Below, piece after piece: positions 58,259-64,000 of a DNA stretch of 64,000 nt. Source of the stretch: an uncultured Chloroflexia bacterium (GTDB lineage Bacteria; Chloroflexota; Limnocylindria; Limnocylindrales; CSP1-4). Position numbers and translations under genes: made by a program. Numbering within the stretch: position 1 is the first letter of the stretch; each line of letters begins with the position of its first letter. The DNA lies in assembly GCA_963748625.1 (NCBI GenBank), contig CAVVJT010000007.1, positions 96,001 through 160,000 of the forward strand, given 5' to 3'. Below the pieces are notes generated by a model. That model searched no databases and had not been told where the DNA came from. It saw nothing but the letters and a program-made list of their open reading frames with translations.

Positions 58259-59539
58259 GTGGCGCTGACATCCACCGATCGCCTGCTGCGGACGACCCAG
58301 CGCCGCCTGTTCGCGGTCACGCTGCTGCTCCTTGCCCTGCTGGTCGTGGGGGTCGGGGCGGCGACCCTGGTGGTCGGCACCTCCGCGCTCGACGCGAACG
58401 TGGATGCCGCCCTGGAGACCGCAGTGGCTGCCCAGGTGGCGGCGCTCGGGGGCGAGCTGCCCGAGGGCGACGACGACGGCGAGCACCCCGACGAGGGTCC
58501 GGCCGTCGCGGACACGATCCTTCTGGTGCTCGACGCCGCGGGCAGCACCGTGCAGGTCCGCGGCACGCTGCCACCGGGCCTGCCGGTCACCGATGCCATT
58601 GCCGCATCCACCGACGGCGACGACTGGCGGACGGTCGAGGCGGGTGGCTCCGACCTGCGCCTGCTCACGGTGCCCCTGCTCCATGACGACGAGATCGTGG
58701 GCTACATCCAGGCCGGCTTCGACCTCGGCCTCCACGAGGCGCAGACGCGCAGCCTGACGATCGCCGTGCTCACCATCGGAGGGCTCGGGCTGCTCGCGGC
58801 AGCGCTGATCACGCTCCTTGTCACGTCGCGTGCGCTGGTCCCGATCCGCGAGGGGTTCGAGGCCCAGCGGCGCTTCGTCGCCGACGCCTCCCACGAGCTG
58901 CGGACCCCGGCCGCGCTGATCCGGGCCAATGCCGAGGTCCTCGAACGCGAGGGCCTGGTCGCGGGGGACGGCCGGGAGCTCGTGGCCGACATCATCGGCG
59001 AGGCCGACCGGCTCGGCGGCCTTGTCGGCGACATGCTCCAGCTCGCCGCCTGGGACGACACGTCGATGGCGATCACACCTGTCGACCTTGACGTGGCCGA
59101 GGTCGCCCGCGACACGGCCAGGGGTGCGAGCGCCCTTGCCGCGGAGCGCGGCGTGCGGATGGCGGTCGATGCGCCGGGGCCGGCGACCGCCAGCGCCGAT
59201 CGCGCGAGGCTCGTGCAGCTCCTGCTCATCCTGGTCGACAACGCCATCGACCACTCGCCCGCCGGCGGGACGGTGCGGGTCGCCGTCCGGCCCTCCGGCC
59301 AGGCCGTGGTGGTCACGGTCGAGGACGACGGGCCGGGCATCCCCGAGGCGGATCGGGCGCGCGTGTTCGAGCCGTTCACGCGGCTGCCGGGCACGACGCG
59401 GCACGGCTCGGGAGGGACGGGGCTGGGGCTGGCGATCGCGCGGCGGATCACCGACGCGCACGGGGCCCGGATCGAGGCCGGCGCATCGCCGGGGGGAGGG
59501 GCCCGCATGACGGTGACCCTGACGGCCCGGGGCGCGTGA
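58259..59539 (+). CDS. Sensor histidine kinase
   Basis: Two TM helices; ADASHELRTP; DNAIDH; DDGPGI; GTGLGLAI. Confidence 0.95.
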   Translation: MALTSTDRLLRTTQRRLFAVTLLLLALLVVGVGAATLVVGTSALDANVDAALETAVAAQVAALGGELPEGDDDGEHPDEGPAVADTILLVLDAAGSTVQVRGTLPPGLPVTDAIAASTDGDDWRTVEAGGSDLRLLTVPLLHDDEIVGYIQAGFDLGLHEAQTRSLTIAVLTIGGLGLLAAALITLLVTSRALVPIREGFEAQRRFVADASHELRTPAALIRANAEVLEREGLVAGDGRELVADIIGEADRLGGLVGDMLQLAAWDDTSMAITPVDLDVAEVARDTARGASALAAERGVRMAVDAPGPATASADRARLVQLLLILVDNAIDHSPAGGTVRVAVRPSGQAVVVTVEDDGPGIPEADRARVFEPFTRLPGTTRHGSGGTGLGLAIARRITDAHGARIEAGASPGGGARMTVTLTARGA

Positions 59540-59842
59540 TCTAGTGTCCCGATTCGCTGGTCGCTGGCGGCGTGCGGACCGCCGCTCCGGGTCCTGTCTC
59601 CGTCCGGGTCCTGGCGCCGTCCGGCTGCGCGCCGGACGGCCACACGGTGCGGCCGGAGCGCTCGATGCGCGGCTGGTGCGCAGGTCGTGCCCTCGGGACC
59701 CTGGCGGAGCGCACGGGCGGAGCACGGGGCGCACATCCCGCGACGTCACCGCTCCGTGTGCGCGCCGGATGCGCACGGCAGCAGCCGTCGTGGGCGACGC
59801 CCGGCACGGCGGGGTGTCCGCCGGGCATTGGCGGCACGCGAA

Positions 59843-60247
59843 CTAGTCGACGACGATCCGGACGCTGTTCGAGCCGTCGTCCACCTCGAGGATCGGACCC
59901 TTCATCCCGGAGCGCAACGCGTCCTTGACGCTGTCCACCTGGTCGGCCGACAGGCCTGGCACACGGTCGAGGGCGTACCGCCCGATGGAGACGGGCAGCC
60001 GGAGCTGCACGACCTGGCGGCCTGCCTCCCGGATCTCCAGGCGCAGCGAGCCGCCCGATCCCTCGGCGGCCCTGGAGGCGGGGTCCGGGGCCTCACCCGA
60101 TGCGGTGCGAGGGCCGCCCTGCGCAGCAGGGGCGCCCTTCCGCACCGGTGCGTCCTCGAGCGCGGCCAGGATGGGTGCCGCCTCCTCGGCCGTGAGGCGG
60201 CCCTCGGCCACGAGGCGCAGGACCTCGTCGAGCGGATCAGCGGCCAT
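59843..60247 (-). CDS. SHOCT-like small protein of the DUF2089 operon
   Basis: LDEVLRLVAEGRLTAEEA..LAAL; TGATG coupling to the upstream gene. Confidence 0.75.
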   Translation of the reverse strand: MAADPLDEVLRLVAEGRLTAEEAAPILAALEDAPVRKGAPAAQGGPRTASGEAPDPASRAAEGSGGSLRLEIREAGRQVVQLRLPVSIGRYALDRVPGLSADQVDSVKDALRSGMKGPILEVDDGSNSVRIVVD

Positions 60248-61391
60248 CAGCACCACCCCCGGAAGGCACGCGGTCCCGCGTCCTCGAGGATCTCGAGGCG
60301 GTGCGACGCCGTCTCGACGTCCATCTCGCCACGCTCGAGGGCGCGGAGCACCTCCAGGCGGGCGGCCTCGCGCCGGTCCGACACGGGGGTCTCGCCGTCA
60401 TGGGCGGGCGCCGTGGCACGGACGAGGTTCGGGACCGCCTCCGCCTCGGCGACGACGACCGGAGGCGCAGGCGCAACCGGCGGTATGACGGGCGCCACCG
60501 CCGCGACGGCCTTGGGCGCAGGCGCCCGGCCTCGGCGATGACGGCCTTGGGCGCAGGCGCCCCGGCCTCGGCGATGACGGCCTTGGGCGCAGGCGCCCCG
60601 GCCTCGGCAACGAGCGACCACACGCGGACATCGCCCGATGTCGTGCTCACGGCAAGGACGGCCGCTCCGTCGCCCACGATCACCGTGCGGCTGCCCCGCC
60701 CGCCCTCGGTCCGGTGCGGCCCCTCCACCTTGACGTCACCGGTGATCGAGTGGGTCTCGACCCGGACGGACGAGTCCGTCTCGATGTCCACGTCGCCGGA
60801 CACGTTCGAGACGGTGTGCCGGGCACCCGCCGCGAGCGCCGCGACCAGGTGCACGTCGCCGCTGGTGGTCGTGATGGCCGAGCCCTCGAGTCGGGGAGCC
60901 CGCACCCGGACATCGCCGGAGACCGTCCGCACGGTGAGGCCCAGCGGGACCGAGGCGCGCACGGTGGCATCGCCGGACATGGTGTCGATCGCCACGGGGC
61001 CCGCGTCCACCGCGACCGTGATGTCACCGCTGGCGGAGTTCCAGCGGCTGGCGCCGCCGATCCCCTCGGCGACAACGTCGCCCGACAACGTCCGGCACAC
61101 GATCGCGATGCTGCGTGGCACGTCGATGTCGAGGCCGGAGACACCTCGCAGGCGCAGGTGCACCGGGCCGAGCCTGAACGAGCCTTCACCGTCCCGGATC
61201 CGGACGCGGCCGGGCTCCGTCTCGATGGTGACCTCGTCGTCGATCGGGCGCCCGTTGCGGGTCCGCAGGACGACCTGGTCCGCGTCGGTGCCGCGAATCC
61301 TGAGGTCCGAGCTGGACAGCAGGACCTCCACGGTTCCGCCCACCTCGATGGGGATCTCGCGGACGTCAAGGGCGCGGGCGATATCGGTCAT
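60247..61391 (-). CDS. DUF4097 beta-strand-repeat protein with C-terminal SHOCT-like helix; -1 frameshift at ~60526
   Basis: Repeated (T/S)xSGD(V/I) motifs. The true C-terminus RLEVLRALERGEMDVE is in ORF 60247..60621. Adding 1 C restores a 381-aa ORF. Confidence 0.8.
60506..60608 (-). repeat. 36-bp tandem repeat (AEAGAPAPKAVI, ~3 copies)
   Basis: gccgaggccggggcgcctgcgcccaaggccgtcatc units; the last copy lacks one G. Confidence 0.9.
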
Positions 61392-61810
61392 CGGATCCTC
61401 CCCAGTGCGCGGATGGCCTCAGCGGCCTCCTCGGCGCTCAGCTCGTGACGGGCCAGCCGCTCGAGGACATCCCGGCGGGCGGCGGTGATCTCCTCTGGCG
61501 AGGCGGGCGTGCTGGTGGCTCCGGGCGCCTCTGCCTCGTCGCGCGGGCCGAAGCCCAGGGCGCGGACCAGGGCCTCCACCCGCACCCTGACGGTCGGGTA
61601 GCTGATCGCGAGCTCCCGCTCCATGTCGCGCAGGTTGCCGCGACTCCGCAGGAAGCTCTCGAGCACGACGGTCTGCTCCCGGGTGAGCCGGGCGAACCGC
61701 CCGACCCCGAACTCGCCCTCGATGGTGGTGCCGCAGTCGCCGCAGCGCAGCCGGGTGACCGCAAGCTCGCCCGTGCAGACCGGGCAGGTGGCGATGACGT
61801 CATGTGGCAT
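61388..61810 (-). CDS. DUF2089 family (zinc ribbon + HTH + SHOCT-like)
   Basis: CPVC..L.VTRLRCGDCGTTIEGEF, RGNLRDMERELAISYPTVR, ELSAEEA. Confidence 0.92.
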   Translation of the reverse strand: MPHDVIATCPVCTGELAVTRLRCGDCGTTIEGEFGVGRFARLTREQTVVLESFLRSRGNLRDMERELAISYPTVRVRVEALVRALGFGPRDEAEAPGATSTPASPEEITAARRDVLERLARHELSAEEAAEAIRALGRIR

Positions 61811-61828
61811 GAGGGCAATCCTCGTATG

Positions 61829-61876
61829 TAGCAAAGTGACTTTCGTATTTCTAAACTGCTCTTTCTCTTTTGTCAA
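61829..61876 (-). promoter_or_regulatory. Promoter and palindromic operator of the DUF2089 operon
   Basis: AT-rich island; TTGACA (61871-61876)-N17-TAGAAA; palindrome TAgcAAAGT-g-ACTTTcgTA (61829-61847). Confidence 0.55.
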
Positions 61877-61958
61877 CCCTTTTCTTGAGCCTAACGGCCG
61901 GTGCCCTGTCCACCGGGCTGCGGTACGCTGGCCTCCGCCACCCGAAGGAGTGCCCACG

Positions 61959-62510
61959 ATGACTGTTCTCGATCCCTCCCGGCTCAACCTCCACATGCCC
62001 GACATCGATCCGTCCGCTGCCGCAGAGTCCGCCCGGACATCGCTCGACCGTGTCGCCGAGCTCGCGCGCGATGCCGTCGCCGGGCTGGAGCTCGACCGGC
62101 ACGCGGACGACATCGGCCAGCGGGTTCGCGGCGTGGTCCAGACGACCGCGGTCCGGGCCGCCATCGCTCGCCTGGAGCGCGAGCTGCCGGAGGGCGAGCG
62201 CAACCGCTACAACCGCGCCTACCTCCGGGGCCGCACGCAGGCCCGCTCGATCTGGCTGACGGTGGGCATCGCGGCGGGTGTGAGCGTCGGCATCGCCGGG
62301 GCCCTGCTCCTGGACCCCAAGAACGGCAAGGCCCGGCGTGAGGCGCTCAAGGCCCGCGCACGCTCGCTCGCCGACCGCTCCACGACCACCATCCGTGACG
62401 CCGTCCGGCGCGACGGTGCGTTCACCCCGTCATCGGCCGCCGACGAGGAGCAGCCCGTCACGGTGACCGCGTCCGTCACGGAGGAGGGCTCGCCGGTCGA
62501 GGCCGGGTGA
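61959..62510 (+). CDS. YtxH-like membrane protein
   Basis: AAGGAG RBS; TM followed by ALLLDPKNGKARRE. Confidence 0.65.
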   Translation: MTVLDPSRLNLHMPDIDPSAAAESARTSLDRVAELARDAVAGLELDRHADDIGQRVRGVVQTTAVRAAIARLERELPEGERNRYNRAYLRGRTQARSIWLTVGIAAGVSVGIAGALLLDPKNGKARREALKARARSLADRSTTTIRDAVRRDGAFTPSSAADEEQPVTVTASVTEEGSPVEAG

Positions 62511-63736
62511 TCCGGTCTGCCGTGGATCCCGCCCGTTCCGCGGACCGCCGCCTCTACCGCGACGGGGCGCTCGCCGACGGCCGCTCCGACCGGCTGGAGG
62601 TCGGCGTGTCAATCCTGTGCGAGGGTGGGCGGATCACCTGGATCCGCCCGTCCGATGACGAGGGCCCGGTCATCGATCCCGGCGGCGTGGAGGTCGTGGA
62701 CGCCTCCGGCTCCGCGATCGTGCCGGGCATGGTCGACGCCCACAGCCACCTCACGATGCCCGGGGGTGCGCACTGGATCGACCGCGGGTCGGACCCCACC
62801 GACACCCTGCTCGCCACGGCCGAGTCGAACGCCCGCCTGCTCACCGGCGCCGGGGTGCGCTGGGCGCGCGACGTGGGCTCGGTGACACGACGCGATCCCG
62901 ACGACGGGGGTCGCTCGCGAGCGGTCGCCATCCGGGTGCGCGACCGCTGGTCGGACCTGCCCGGCTACCCGCGCGTCAAGGCGGCCGGCACCTGGATCAT
63001 GCACCGCGGCCTCATGCCGGAGCTCTCCGTGCAGGCAGGCGACGGCGACGAGCTGCTTGGCGCGGCGATGACGCAGCTCGACGACGGCGCGGACATCGTG
63101 AAGCTCTACCTCGACGGCGCGGACCCGGCTGCCAGCCCCTGGACCCCTGCCGAGATCCGGCGCGTGGTGGACGCTGCGCATGCGCGGACGTGTCGCGTCA
63201 CCGCCCACAGCGGAACGGGGGCCGGGGCCCGGGCAGGGGCCGAAGCCGGCGTGGATGCGCTGGAGCACGGCTTCGAGCTCGATGCGGACACGGCCGCGAT
63301 CATGGTCGCCAACGGGGTGCGCCTGGTGTCGACATTGTCGGTGCTCGCATCGTGGCAGACGTTCGGGCGGACGACCCGGCTGCCGCGGTTCGCGTCCGAC
63401 GAGGGTCGCGCCCGGGTGGAGGCGCGCCGGGAGCGGGCGGTCGAGAGCATCCGCATCGCGCACTCGGCAGGCGTGTCCATCGCCACGGGGACCGACTTCG
63501 GCGGTGGCTCGACCCGCGCCAACCAGCTGGCGTGGGAGGTTGAGCAGCTGGTGACCGCCGGACTTGAGCCCTGGGAGGCACTTGGCTGCGCCACCTGGCG
63601 CGGCGGCGAGCTCCTGGGCGAGCCCGATGCCGGCGTCATCCGTGAGGGCGGACCGGCCGACCTGGTGCTCGTCCACGGTGACCCGCTGTCCGACCCGAGG
63701 GCCCTCTGGCGCGCCTGGCACAGCTCCTGGGCATGA
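62507..63736 (+). CDS. Amidohydrolase family protein
   Basis: PGMVDAHSH, GADIVKLY, TAH, LEHG, GTDFGG, PADLVLVHGDPL. Confidence 0.9.
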   Translation: MIRSAVDPARSADRRLYRDGALADGRSDRLEVGVSILCEGGRITWIRPSDDEGPVIDPGGVEVVDASGSAIVPGMVDAHSHLTMPGGAHWIDRGSDPTDTLLATAESNARLLTGAGVRWARDVGSVTRRDPDDGGRSRAVAIRVRDRWSDLPGYPRVKAAGTWIMHRGLMPELSVQAGDGDELLGAAMTQLDDGADIVKLYLDGADPAASPWTPAEIRRVVDAAHARTCRVTAHSGTGAGARAGAEAGVDALEHGFELDADTAAIMVANGVRLVSTLSVLASWQTFGRTTRLPRFASDEGRARVEARRERAVESIRIAHSAGVSIATGTDFGGGSTRANQLAWEVEQLVTAGLEPWEALGCATWRGGELLGEPDAGVIREGGPADLVLVHGDPLSDPRALWRAWHSSWA

Positions 63737-63773
63737 GCCGCAGCTGAACCGGCGCCGGACCCTCGCGCCGGAG

Positions 63774-63832
63774 GCGGATCTCATCCGCATAGGGATGGTT
63801 TGGCGGATCCACCCACGGGGATAGGAATCCGG
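63774..63832 (+). repeat. Dispersed ~60-bp repeat, copy 2
   Basis: gcggatctcatccgcatagggatggtttggcggatccacccacggggataggaatccgg. Confidence 0.75.
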
Positions 63833-64000
63833 CTGAAGGGTGCCGAGCCGTGCCCGCTGGGCCGCCGCGCGCCCAGGGGCCGTCGCGCCCGCCGCGCAGG
63901 CGCGTCACATGCGGCCGCCCCCAGTCGTTCTGGGACGGTGATGCACCGCCTTCCGCTCGTCCTGCTTCTCGTTGCCGCACTGACCTCCCTCGCCGTGGTC

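Noticed and set aside
59541-59846. Possible MITE bounded by CTAG, starting CTAGTGTCCCG
   Set aside because: No matching right inverted repeat, and the second CTAG is simply a stop codon; too weak.
4815-60530. Programmed phase variation as a common explanation for the three frameshifts
   Set aside because: All are single-base indels within GC-rich repeat units rather than whole-unit changes, which is more typical of read-consensus errors; cannot be decided without reads.

Overview
A high-GC bacterial window, probably Chloroflexota. That assignment is an inference from a Chloroflexota-type SWIM protein, an HhH-GPD protein, a PAC2 protein, an F420 nitroreductase and a sortase. Positions 1-23 kb are a surface-glycan locus: Wzx flippase, GNAT acyltransferases, deacetylase-like protein, GT4, methyltransferases, DegT aminotransferase, ATP-grasp ligase, PglC-like transferase and a complete wbpD-E-B-A-I-like diacetamido-uronic-acid operon. 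Two features inside this locus stand out. The first is a three-gene module encoding an Ig-like protein with an LPRTS sorting signal, a cysteine-free sortase with Ser at the catalytic Cys position (TLQTS), and a DUF4012 protein. The second is a c-di-GMP-I riboswitch in front of a secreted beta-helix protein. The rest is core or accessory housekeeping: a sigma70 paralog, two OmpR-type two-component systems, a GcvT-like/FAD-oxidoreductase pair, two DEAD-box helicases, TetR-GT1 with twin operators, LonC, HipA-like kinase plus DUF3037, an ApbE/ferric-reductase flavinylation cluster and a DUF2089 operon. Also seen are a GH13 pseudogene, a ~60-bp dispersed repeat present twice, many leaderless genes, and three genes whose frameshifts all lie inside tandem repeats. 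No rRNA, tRNA, CRISPR array or intact mobile element was recognised. All family calls come from motif recognition by eye, not database searches.
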